A stretch of 32,000 nucleotides of DNA from Mucisphaera calidilacus (GCF_007748075.1 NZ_CP036280.1:150001-182000); one strand, 5' to 3'. Counted from the stretch's first letter, positions 17,202 to 26,352 are shown. Made by a program: numbers and translations. Notes: a model not told the origin generated them from the sequence alone.

Positions 17202-17984
17202 TCAGGCGATGCGGCGACGGCGGGCAGCAGCCAGGCCGACGAGCATCAGGCCGCCGAGAGCAGCGGTCGGGGTGGGGAGCACGGTGGTGGTGACCACGAA
17301 CTGTGCCTGGTCTTCGAACTCGCCGGGCGTGGTGGTCGCGGTAACCGAACCGGTGCCGATCACGGGCGGAACGGTGATGAAGTCGGGGCTGGTCAGCAGC
17401 GGGCCGCCGGTGACGTCAAGAGCGGCCTGGATCGAGGACGACACGGGGCCGGCGATCAGCTGGTAGAAGCCGCCAGCGACGATGTCGAGTTCAGCGAAGA
17501 GGCTGCCGTCGGTGATGCCGGCGCCACCGCCCCAGGCGGTGCTGTTGTACGCGGCGGTGCCCGAAGCGACGAGCGAGGTGTCACGGATGCCGTCGGCACG
17601 GTCGTCTTCGAAGATCTCGAAGTCGGCGATCGACATGTTGGTCACGGGGCCGACCACGTCGAGGACGGTCAGGGTGAAGCGGCCGAAGACCTCAACGTCG
17701 GTGTCGGCGAGGGTGATCGAAGCGGCGGGCGGATCACCGATTTCGGCGACCTGGATCGACTCGATGGTGAAGACGCCTTCGATCGTGTCACCGGCGACGG
17801 GGACGGCGGCACCGAGGCTCGTCGAGAGGCTCAGGTCGTTGAAGGTGTACTCGGCGGGGACACCAGCGAGGTTAACGCTGTTGGCCAGATCGAGCATAAC
17901 GCTCTGCACGGAATCGGCCTGGGCCGTGGTGCTGCCAGCGAACGCTGCAGCGGCGATTGCGGATGCGGTCAAAATCTTTTTCAT
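17202..17984 (-). CDS. Secreted PEP-CTERM-anchored protein (cargo 2)
   Basis: ATG 17984 is preceded by GGAGAGG. Signal peptide MKKILTASAIAAAAFAGSTTAQA. C-terminus VLPTPTAALGGLMLVGLAAARRRRIA. Confidence 0.7.
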   Translation of the reverse strand: MKKILTASAIAAAAFAGSTTAQADSVQSVMLDLANSVNLAGVPAEYTFNDLSLSTSLGAAVPVAGDTIEGVFTIESIQVAEIGDPPAASITLADTDVEVFGRFTLTVLDVVGPVTNMSIADFEIFEDDRADGIRDTSLVASGTAAYNSTAWGGGAGITDGSLFAELDIVAGGFYQLIAGPVSSSIQAALDVTGGPLLTSPDFITVPPVIGTGSVTATTTPGEFEDQAQFVVTTTVLPTPTAALGGLMLVGLAAARRRRIA

Positions 17985-18166
17985 GATACCTCTCCTCATT
18001 GGGGTTCAAACGGTTGTTTACGAAGGCGGAACATCCCACCCATTGGTCAGCCCACCTCCATAGCAGGCAAAATACGTCTTTCCTCATCCAAACACATGTC
18101 GTCCAGACTTCCCTGCCCTTCCGACGTACGCAGATAATCCGCTTCCGCGGTCACTGCGACACCTAT

Positions 18167-18194
18167 AAAATACCCAATGGCGTGAGTGTGTCAA
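18167..18194 (-). promoter_or_regulatory. Candidate sigma70-type promoter for PEP-CTERM cargo 2
   Basis: On the minus strand: perfect TTGACA (18194-18189), a 16-nt spacer, then TATTTT (18172-18167). It implies a 5' UTR of about 175 nt. Confidence 0.35.
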
Positions 18195-18271
18195 CCATTT
18201 TCAGCTAGCAGAGCGGAATCTTTTTCGCGCCGATCTGGGGCCTGGAGCGGGATAAGGGTGATCCCTAGACC

Positions 18272-18312
18272 ATAAAAAACACCGTAAGCTGTTTCAGAGA
18301 AAAGCATTACGG
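18272..18312 (-). terminator. Candidate rho-independent terminator of ilvB
   Basis: On the minus strand: CCGTAA (18312-18307) pairs with TTACGG (18287-18282). The stem extends by 3 bp after a 1-nt bulge and is followed by TGTTTTTTAT. It lies about 110 nt after the ilvB stop. Confidence 0.45.
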
Positions 18313-18420
18313 CGGCATGGGTGAAATTGCGTAATCTGGAAACGTCTGGCGGGGTAGCTTGTGAGGATTATGCTAATCACGCCAGCGAATTAACATACCT
18401 TGTTGTCTTTTGATCGCCGC

Positions 18421-20226
18421 TCAGCTTTTCGGGCCGAGGACCATGTCATCGACTGTCTTGCCGGCGGGGACCATGGGGTAGACGTGCTCGTGTTTTTCGA
18501 CGAGGGCGTCGAGGACGGCGGGCCCGTCGTGGGCGAGGAACTCGGCCATCACACTGGGCAGGTCAGCGAGTTTGGTGACTCGGAAGCCCTTGCAGTTCAT
18601 GGCGTCGGTGAGTGCGACGAAGTCGGGGTTGTGCATCTCGGTGTGGGAGTAGCGTTCGTCGTAGAAGAGGTCCTGCCACTGCTTGACCATGCCCTGGAAG
18701 TCGTTGTTGAGGATGATGGTCTTGGCGTGGATGCCGTACTGGGCTGCGGTGACCATTTCCATGGCGGTCATGGAGAAGGAGCCGTCGCCATCGATGTTGA
18801 TGACGTGGCGAGGCGGTCGGTTTTCGTGCTGGGCGAGGATTTTTTCGCCGATCGCTGCGCCGACGGAGCTGGGGACGCCGAAGCCCATGGTCCCGAGCCC
18901 GCCTGAGGAGAGCCACTGGCGTGGGGTTCGGTATTGATAGAACTGCGCGGCCCACATCTGGTGCTGTCCGACGCCGGTGGTGATGATGGCGTTGCTGTCG
19001 GTCTGTTTGTTGAGTTCTTCGATCACGGCCTGTGGCTTGAGGTGGAATTCGCGTTCGTCGAGGTCGTAGCGGAAGGGCTGCTCGCGTTTCCAGGTCTGGC
19101 ACTGCTGGAGCCAGTCGGAGCGGTCGGCGTTCTCGAGGAGGGGCAGGAGTAGCTCGAGGTTTTTGCGTGCGTCGCCCTCGACGCCGATGGTGACGGGGAC
19201 GGCCTTATTGATCTGCTCGGGGGCGATGTCGAAGTGGATGATGCCGCCTCGGCCCTCGCGTTCGGCGGCCCGTGCCCCCGGCGCGAAGGAGGCGATCTTG
19301 CCGGTGACGCGGTCGTCGAAGCGTGCGCCGACGGAGATGATCAGGTCGGCGTCGCGCATGGCCCAGTTGGCGTAGGCGGCACCGTGCATGCCAAGCATGT
19401 GGAGGGAGAGGTCGTGGGTCTCGTCGAAGGCGCCGAGGCCCAGGAGCGAGGTGGTGACGGGGATGCCGGCCTTCTCAGCGCATTGTCGGAGGACGTCGGT
19501 GGCCCCGGAGAGGATGGCGCCCTGCCCGACGTAGAGGACGGGTTTGCGGGCGATGTTGATGAGTTTCGCGGCGCGTTCGATCTCGGAGGAGGTGCCCGCC
19601 TCGCGGATGTGGTATCCGGGGAGGAAGGGGTCGGGGTGGCAGGTTCCGTTGAGGATGGCGGCGGTGACGTCCTTGGGGAGGTCGACGAAGACGGGTCCGG
19701 GTCGTCCGGTGGTGGCGACGTGGAAGGCGGTGTTGATGGCGCGGGGGATGTCCTCGACGCGTTTGACGAGCGTGTTCCACTTGGTGCAGGGCCGTGTGAT
19801 GCCGGTCATGTCGGCTTCCTGGAAGGCGTCGGTGCCGATGGCGCCGGTGGCGACCTGTCCGGCGAAGACGACGAGGGGCGTGCCGTCCATGAGGGCGTCT
19901 TGCATGGGTGTGACGGTGTTGGTGGCACCGGGTCCGGAAGTCACGAGGACGACGCCTGGCTTGCCGGTGACGCGGGCGTAGCCCTCGGCCATGTGACCGG
20001 CGCCCTGCTCGTGGCGTGAGAGGATGAAGTTGAACTGTTCGGAGCCGTAGATGGCGTCGAAGACGGGGAGGATCGCTCCGCCGGGGTATCCGAAGATGGC
20101 TTCGACCTGATGTTCGACCATGAGATCGTGGAAGATCTGTGCACCGGTCTTGCCGGTGAATCGGTCGGTGGCGGGTCCGTGGGTGGGGATCTGGGTCGCT
20201 CTGAGTTGTGCGCGGCTGAGCGGCAT
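18421..20226 (-). CDS. ilvB: Acetolactate synthase, large (catalytic) subunit, ThDP-dependent
   Basis: FGYPGGAILPVFDAI, SRHEQGAGHMAEGYARVTGKPGVVLVTSGPGATN and a C-terminal ThDP-binding region GLGTMGFGVPSSVGA...INIDGDGSF. ATG 20226 (GGAG 9 nt upstream) is preferred over GTG 20253. No ilvN or ilvC gene is adjacent. Confidence 0.9.
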   Translation of the reverse strand: MPLSRAQLRATQIPTHGPATDRFTGKTGAQIFHDLMVEHQVEAIFGYPGGAILPVFDAIYGSEQFNFILSRHEQGAGHMAEGYARVTGKPGVVLVTSGPGATNTVTPMQDALMDGTPLVVFAGQVATGAIGTDAFQEADMTGITRPCTKWNTLVKRVEDIPRAINTAFHVATTGRPGPVFVDLPKDVTAAILNGTCHPDPFLPGYHIREAGTSSEIERAAKLINIARKPVLYVGQGAILSGATDVLRQCAEKAGIPVTTSLLGLGAFDETHDLSLHMLGMHGAAYANWAMRDADLIISVGARFDDRVTGKIASFAPGARAAEREGRGGIIHFDIAPEQINKAVPVTIGVEGDARKNLELLLPLLENADRSDWLQQCQTWKREQPFRYDLDEREFHLKPQAVIEELNKQTDSNAIITTGVGQHQMWAAQFYQYRTPRQWLSSGGLGTMGFGVPSSVGAAIGEKILAQHENRPPRHVINIDGDGSFSMTAMEMVTAAQYGIHAKTIILNNDFQGMVKQWQDLFYDERYSHTEMHNPDFVALTDAMNCKGFRVTKLADLPSVMAEFLAHDGPAVLDALVEKHEHVYPMVPAGKTVDDMVLGPKS

Positions 20227-20364
20227 GGCGAAATACTCCGGGTTGGGGATCACGGCAACGTCAACATGGTTGCGTGATCAGTATCGGTCCAGTGGGACTT
20301 AATTGGGGAACAGACAAGGGATAGGGTGCCAGCGTGTGTCGCGGGGCGTTTGCGGGTCGTCCGC

Positions 20365-20427
20365 TCAGCTAACGACGACGCTGAGGGCTGCGACGGGTGC
20401 GGGCACATTGGTCTGTCTGCGGGACAT
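20365..20427 (-). promoter_or_regulatory. Candidate ilvB leader peptide uORF (20 codons, Val-rich C-terminus)
   Basis: The minus strand reads ATG TCC CGC AGA CAG ACC AAT GTG CCC GCA CCC GTC GCA GCC CTC AGC GTC GTC GTT AGC TGA, giving MSRRQTNVPAPVAALSVVVS. Interleaved 6-bp helices, 20364-20369/20380-20385 and 20356-20361/20374-20379, overlap the Val codons and the stop. Confidence 0.3.
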
Positions 20428-20433
20428 ATAAGG

Positions 20434-20463
20434 AGTATACGCGCAGGAGCGGCGTATCTTCAA
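20434..20463 (-). promoter_or_regulatory. Candidate sigma70-type promoter for the ilvB leader
   Basis: On the minus strand: TTGAAG (20463-20458), an 18-nt spacer, then TATACT (20439-20434). The -10 ends 6 nt before the uORF ATG, so the uORF would be leaderless or nearly so. Confidence 0.3.
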
Positions 20464-20499
20464 GTGTTTTTTGCGTGAAGATTGAGGCGGAGCAGGGAT

Positions 20500-21456
20500 T
20501 TATCGAACGGGTTGCGGCCTGGCGGGGGCACAGGCGCTGAGGACGTCGACGGCGTTGCGTGTGGTGGCGGGGTCGTCGCCGACGAGGAAGTAGGAGAGGC
20601 CGTTGATGCGCCAGATGAAGACGGGCTTGCCCTCAGAGGTCTGTGCGGAGAAGAGGTGGTCCTGGGGCAGTGAGGAGGCGAGTGCGCCGGGTTTGGTGCT
20701 GATCCAGAGGCTGATGGCGGGGGCGTCGGGTGAGGTGGCCTGGGTATCGGGAGCGGGCTTGTAAAGGACATGGATGGCGCCGTCGGTGGGGAGGGTGCAC
20801 TTTCCTGCCTTGACGTAGTGGAATCCGAGGACGGCGAGGTCCATGGGCATGGTCTGGTCGAATGAGTCGCCGAAGTAGTCGCCCAGAGCGCCGGGGAGGG
20901 CCTGAATGTTGGTGGGGAGCTTGAGGCTGTCGTGCATGAGCGCAGTGTTGCGGGCGCACTCGCCGTGACGGCCGGCGAAGGCGTCGAACTCGGCGAGGGC
21001 GATCTGTGTGCCCGGTGCGTTCATCAGGGTGGTGTTTTGAGCGGTTCTTGTGCCGTTGGGGCCGTTCTGGATCTGCAGGAGGGTGTTGGTCCAGAAGGCG
21101 AGTCCGCTGAGGAGGAAGAGTGCCGCGACGCCTGAGGGGATCCAGGGTGTGATGCGTCCGGCTACGGGCTTGTGGTTTTCGATTCGGGTTGAGGCTTGAA
21201 AGTCGGGCTGAGGGTTGCCCTCCTGTTCCTGATCGAAGGCGGCCTTGATGCAGTCAGCGAGGCTGTCGGGGGTTTTGGTGGAAGCGGGGTCGTCGAGGCA
21301 GGATCGGCAGGCTTTGCGGAGCTGCTGTGCCTGGCGGATGCAGTCTTCGTCGTTTTTGCAGAGTCCGGCCTCGCCCAGGAGCTTGATGGTCTGCTCGACG
21401 TCGAGTTCGCCGTCTGCGTAGGCCATGAGGGTGATTTTGTGCTGGTTGTCCGCCAT
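20500..21456 (-). CDS. Anti-sigma factor, single-pass membrane protein
   Basis: The N-terminus ITLMAYADGELDVEQ is typical of anti-sigma N-terminal domains. It has one TM helix (WIPSGVAALFLLSGLAFW) and a C-terminal extracytoplasmic domain. It lies directly downstream of the ECF sigma gene. Confidence 0.6.
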   Translation of the reverse strand: MADNQHKITLMAYADGELDVEQTIKLLGEAGLCKNDEDCIRQAQQLRKACRSCLDDPASTKTPDSLADCIKAAFDQEQEGNPQPDFQASTRIENHKPVAGRITPWIPSGVAALFLLSGLAFWTNTLLQIQNGPNGTRTAQNTTLMNAPGTQIALAEFDAFAGRHGECARNTALMHDSLKLPTNIQALPGALGDYFGDSFDQTMPMDLAVLGFHYVKAGKCTLPTDGAIHVLYKPAPDTQATSPDAPAISLWISTKPGALASSLPQDHLFSAQTSEGKPVFIWRINGLSYFLVGDDPATTRNAVDVLSACAPARPQPVR

Positions 21457-21531
21457 GGTTTGAACTTATCTGCGGGTTGGTACGTAATTAGCTGTACAGG
21501 TTGAGGACCGGGGGTTGGTTTTGAGGCGGTT

Positions 21532-21564
21532 CCCGATCGCTCAGGGACACAACCAGCGATCGGG
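21532..21564. repeat. Perfect 10-bp inverted repeat in the sigma / anti-sigma spacer
   Basis: CCCGATCGCT (21532-21541), a 13-nt loop, AGCGATCGGG (21555-21564). No U-tract follows on either strand. Confidence 0.6.
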
Positions 21565-21629
21565 TAAAAAGCTTCCCGGGATGGAGTGAATCCCCGACAA
21601 TTTCATAAGGTCTGTAAGGGTTGGGTGGA

Positions 21630-22190
21630 TCATGAGTCTTCGTCCTCCGGCTGCCGGATGCCGTGCTCGGAGGCGAGTTCGCCGAGGGACTCGGAGAGGA
21701 TGCTTCTGGCGCGGTAGAGGCGGCTCATGATGGTTCCGAGGGGGACGTCGAGGACTTCGGCGATTTCGCGGTATTTGAGTCCTTCGACGGCCCAGAGCAG
21801 GAGGACTTCGCGGTAGTGATCGGGGAGGTCTTCGATGGCGTGTTTGAGTCGGTCGTCGACCTGTTCCCAGTCGAGGTGTTCGAGGTCCCAGGCGGGTGTT
21901 TCGCCCGAGCCGTTGTCGCCTGTCTGGTTGGGGATGAGGTCGTCGGCGATGGTGGGTTCGCGTTTCCGCTTGCCGACGCGGGTGTAGAAGTTGTTGTGGA
22001 GGATTTTGAAGAGCCAGGGGCGGATGCCCTGCTCGCGGAGTTCGAATCGGTCCTCGGCCTTGAGTGCCTTTAAGTAGGTTTCCTGGACAAGGTCGGAGGC
22101 CTCATCGGGGTGGCGTGTGAGGTGCATGGCCATCCGGTAGAGGGCGTCCATTTCGTCGAGGGCGAGTTGTCGGAAGCTGTCACGGTCCAC
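21630..22190 (-). CDS. RNA polymerase ECF (sigma-70 group 4) sigma factor
   Basis: Region 2 (DLVQETYLKALKAEDRF, RPWLFKILHNNFY) and region 4 HTH (EVLLLWAVEGLKYREIAEVLDVPLGTIMSRLYRAR). GTG start at 22190. Confidence 0.9.
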   Translation of the reverse strand: MDRDSFRQLALDEMDALYRMAMHLTRHPDEASDLVQETYLKALKAEDRFELREQGIRPWLFKILHNNFYTRVGKRKREPTIADDLIPNQTGDNGSGETPAWDLEHLDWEQVDDRLKHAIEDLPDHYREVLLLWAVEGLKYREIAEVLDVPLGTIMSRLYRARSILSESLGELASEHGIRQPEDEDS

Positions 22191-22275
22191 GCTGGGCTAT
22201 CCCGAATGATTGACTGTTGGGGCATCATACGGGGTTTGGGGTATCGCACACGGCGTGAGTCGGTAGGATCAGGGG

Positions 22276-23172
22276 ATGAGCGAAACCACGATGAAGCTGG
22301 CGGTGATTGGCGGTTCGGGGCTGGGCGATGCTTTGGGTGGGGAGAAGGGCGAGGTTCGGGAGGTGGAGACGCCTTTTGGTTCGCCGAGCGGCCCGATCGT
22401 CGAGACCGAGTGGTCGGGGACGCCTGTGTATCTGCTTCAGCGGCACGGCCCTGGGCATCTGTTGAACCCGTCGCAGGTGCCTTACCGCGCGAACATTTAC
22501 GCGCTCAAGTCACTTGGCGTGACGCACGTGGTGGCGAGCGGTGCGGTGGGTTCGCTGCGTGAGAGCGTTCGGCCGGGCGACCTGATGATTCCGGACCAGG
22601 TGATTGACAAGACGACGAAGCGTGCGAATACCTTTTATGACGCGGCGGCGGTGCACGTGGAGTTAGCGGAGCCGTTCTGTCCCGTGATGCGTCGCTGGTT
22701 GCTGGAGGCGTCGGAGCGGCTGGCCTCGACGCGCGTCGTGGGTTCGGGGACATATGTGTGTATGGAGGGTCCTGCGTTTTCGACGCGTGCGGAGTCGGAG
22801 CTGCATCGTTCGTGGGGAGCGGACCTGATCGGGATGACGGTGATGCCTGAGGCGAAGCTGGCGCGTGAGGCGGAGCTGGCTTACGCGTTGGTGGCGTTGC
22901 CGACGGATTTCGACTGCTGGCGGCCGGTGGACCCGGATCAGAGTCGTCAGGACTTGCTGGCGGAGATCATCGGCAATCTGCAGAAGGCGACGGCGGCGAG
23001 TCTGGCGTTGATTCGGGAGGCGTTATCGGACCTGGAGCTGCTGGCGGCGGAGCCGAGTCCGGCGCACCGGGCGTTGGCGTTGGGGATCTGGTCGGATAAG
23101 GCAAAGATTCCGCCGGAGGAGGTTGAGCGTCTGGGTGTTCTGTGGGGCCGTTATTTCAAGGGCGAGGGCTGA
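22276..23172 (+). CDS. mtnP: S-methyl-5'-thioadenosine phosphorylase
   Basis: MKLAVIGGSGL, QRHGPGHLLNPSQVPYRANIYALKSLGVTHVVASGAVGSL, CMEGPAFSTRAES and GMTVMPEAKLAREAELAYA. Confidence 0.85.
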   Translation: MSETTMKLAVIGGSGLGDALGGEKGEVREVETPFGSPSGPIVETEWSGTPVYLLQRHGPGHLLNPSQVPYRANIYALKSLGVTHVVASGAVGSLRESVRPGDLMIPDQVIDKTTKRANTFYDAAAVHVELAEPFCPVMRRWLLEASERLASTRVVGSGTYVCMEGPAFSTRAESELHRSWGADLIGMTVMPEAKLAREAELAYALVALPTDFDCWRPVDPDQSRQDLLAEIIGNLQKATAASLALIREALSDLELLAAEPSPAHRALALGIWSDKAKIPPEEVERLGVLWGRYFKGEG

Positions 23173-23184
23173 GTCGGTTCTGAG

Positions 23185-23397
23185 TCAGTCGTGGTCGTTG
23201 TTGGAGCGTTGTCGGGGGTCGTTGCCTCGGGCTTTCTGCTCGGCGAGTTCGCGTCGGTTGACCTGGGTGTCGCGTGGGAAGTCGAAGGCGAGGCGGACCT
23301 TGTCGCCATGGATATCGACGACTCGGATGACGCCCAAGGGGTTCTTGGGGTCACCGATGACGACCTCTTCTCCGGCGCGTCGGGTGAGTGCGAGCAT
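23185..23397 (-). CDS. csrA: Carbon storage regulator CsrA (RNA-binding translational regulator)
   Basis: MLALTRRAGEEVVIGD...VRLAFDFPRDTQVNRRELAEQ matches the CsrA fold signature (MLxLTRRxGExxxIGD...VRLGIxAPxxVxVxRxE). 70 aa from ATG 23397, with GGAG 10 nt upstream. Confidence 0.85.
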   Translation of the reverse strand: MLALTRRAGEEVVIGDPKNPLGVIRVVDIHGDKVRLAFDFPRDTQVNRRELAEQKARGNDPRQRSNNDHD

Positions 23398-23449
23398 ATG
23401 GCCGTGACTCCGTGTGTTGGCCTGAGGGCGGGCCGAGTGGTGGCCCGTT

Positions 23450-23464
23450 GGACATCCTGTGTCC
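23450..23464 (-). promoter_or_regulatory. GGA-in-loop hairpin in the csrA 5' UTR (candidate CsrA binding site)
   Basis: The minus strand reads GGACA-CAGGA-TGTCC, a 5-bp stem with AGGAUGU spanning the loop and 3' arm. It starts 53 nt upstream of the csrA ATG. A second GGA lies in the SD (ACGGAG). Confidence 0.3.
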
Positions 23465-23519
23465 CTCAACGTATCGGTTCGGGACGCCTGTGTGAAGCTT
23501 CTATTTTTGTTCCCGCGAC

Positions 23520-23768
23520 TTACGGGACCTGAGCGACGTGGGTGATTTCGGGGATTCGCTGCTTGAGATTGCGTTCGATGCCCATGCGAAGGGTCATGGA
23601 CCTTGAGGGGCAGGTGACGCAGGCGCCGTGGAGCCTGACGCGGACTTCTCCATCCTCGGAGACTTCGACGAGTTCGAGGTCGCCGCCATCGGACTGGATG
23701 GCGGGACGGATCAGGTTGATGATCTCGTCGACGCGTTCGTGGAGGCTTGTGTCGGTGGAGTCGGTCAC
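23520..23768 (-). CDS. NifU-like (Nfu-type) Fe-S cluster assembly/carrier domain protein
   Basis: IRPAIQSDGGDLELVEV...VRLHGACVTCPSRSMTLRMGIE, with the CxxC motif of the NifU C-terminal domain. GTG start. Confidence 0.8.
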   Translation of the reverse strand: MTDSTDTSLHERVDEIINLIRPAIQSDGGDLELVEVSEDGEVRVRLHGACVTCPSRSMTLRMGIERNLKQRIPEITHVAQVP

Positions 23769-23822
23769 GGCGGGGTCCAGTGGGTCGTGTTCGGGGTGTT
23801 GCGTTTCTATCTTAGGCGAAGA

Positions 23823-24611
23823 TCAGGATTTGTCCCGCTCGATCCGGCCCCGGCGCGGGAACAGGGCGACGGCGAGGAGGGTGAGGGCCGCGGTGGAGGG
23901 TTCGGGGTTTGTGTCGTGCGGGACGGGGTTGGATCGGCCGGGTGTGGGCGTGATGGTGCCGTTGGGCGTCTGGATGTGTGCCGAGATGTTGAAGGTCTGC
24001 CAGTCGTCGAGGGCGGTTCGGTCGGGGGTCCAGGTGCGGAGGGTGATCTGGCCCGGGGATGTGGCGAGGGTTGGGCTGTCGACGAGGGGCGTGAGGCTGG
24101 TGGTGGGTGCGGGGGCGAGGGTGATCGCGTCGAGGATTCGGGTGGCGTATTGGGGCAGGGCGAGCAGTTCGGGGGTAAGTTGGAGGTAGGGATTGAGGGG
24201 TGTGTCGGCGTCGAGCAGCAGGGCGGTGAAGGGGAGGTTGGTGTCGAGGCCGGGTGTCAGCAGGGGTTGTGCGAGAGGATTGAGGGAGGCGGAGCCGATT
24301 TTGAGGTTGCTGGCGGGCGTCTGGCTGATGAGCAGTGCGGTGGCGGCGTGGTCGGGCGTGATGGTGGTCTGGGCGAGGATGTAGCCGTGTCGGTCGCGTT
24401 CGGGGGAGGCGTCGAGGATGAGGACCTGATAGCCGTTGGCGTGCTGGAGGTTGTCGATCTCGAGCATGGCGGGCCAGCTGGCGGATCGGCTGTTGTGGGC
24501 GGGGATGTACTCGGAGAAGAAGGGGTTGGCGAGGGTTGCCGGGTGGATGAGGGCGAGGCACAGCAGGGTGAGGATGGGCAGCCGCCGGAAGTCAGAGGGT
24601 GTTCGCGTCAT
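23823..24611 (-). CDS. Secreted PEP-CTERM-anchored protein (cargo 3)
   Basis: Signal peptide MTRTPSDFRRLPILTLLCLALIHPATLA. Canonical C-terminal NPEPSTAALTLLAVALFPRRGR, followed by a short tail. Confidence 0.65.
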   Translation of the reverse strand: MTRTPSDFRRLPILTLLCLALIHPATLANPFFSEYIPAHNSRSASWPAMLEIDNLQHANGYQVLILDASPERDRHGYILAQTTITPDHAATALLISQTPASNLKIGSASLNPLAQPLLTPGLDTNLPFTALLLDADTPLNPYLQLTPELLALPQYATRILDAITLAPAPTTSLTPLVDSPTLATSPGQITLRTWTPDRTALDDWQTFNISAHIQTPNGTITPTPGRSNPVPHDTNPEPSTAALTLLAVALFPRRGRIERDKS

Positions 24612-24682
24612 ATTGGGATTTTATGGTAGAGGGCGACCCTGTGGGTGTGAGCTTTTCTTAAGGATGGGAAGGGGTGATCGTG

Positions 24683-24711
24683 TTGACGGGTTGGGTGGTG
24701 CTGGTTACATT
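24683..24711 (+). promoter_or_regulatory. Candidate sigma70-type promoter for tRNA-Thr / tuf
   Basis: TTGACG (24683-24688), a 17-nt spacer, TACATT (24706-24711). It lies about 160 nt upstream of tRNA-Thr. Confidence 0.3.
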
Positions 24712-24873
24712 TCTCGGTTCCGATGCCCGGCAGGGGTGTCGGTATCGGACGATTGTGCCGATCCGACGTGTCTGCGAGGCGGCCTCAGGCCGGGTTTTGG
24801 TCGAGTCGAGGATGACTCGGGCCGATGCCAAGAGCTCGGATCTGGCCGAACAGGCCGGGTTCGTTTGGCAGAC

Positions 24874-24946
24874 GCCACCCTAGCTCAGTTGGTAGAGCAC
24901 ACCCTTGGTAAGGGTGAGGTCGTGGGTTCGAGTCCCATGGGTGGCT
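24874..24946 (+). tRNA. tRNA-Thr (anticodon GGT)
   Basis: Hand-folded cloverleaf: acceptor GCCACCC/GGGTGGC, D arm GCTC..GAGC, anticodon stem CACCC/GGGTG with loop TTGGTAA, and T arm GTGGG-TTCGAGT-CCCAT. CCA is not encoded. Confidence 0.9.
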
Positions 24947-25146
24947 TCACCGGGAGAGGCGGCCTGGGCCGACTCCCCGGCACAAGCGGGCGGAATAACG
25001 CGTCTGCTGGACAATTTAGAGATACAAGCCGGCACCGTGCCGGTGGGCCCGGACCGATCCCGACGTTTTGGGCCCGTGAATGCAACTGTTGGAATCGGGA
25101 TAACTCAGGATCCCATGCCACCGAGTGTGGCGGAGGTTAAGCAGCG

Positions 25147-26352
<1,206 letters not shown>

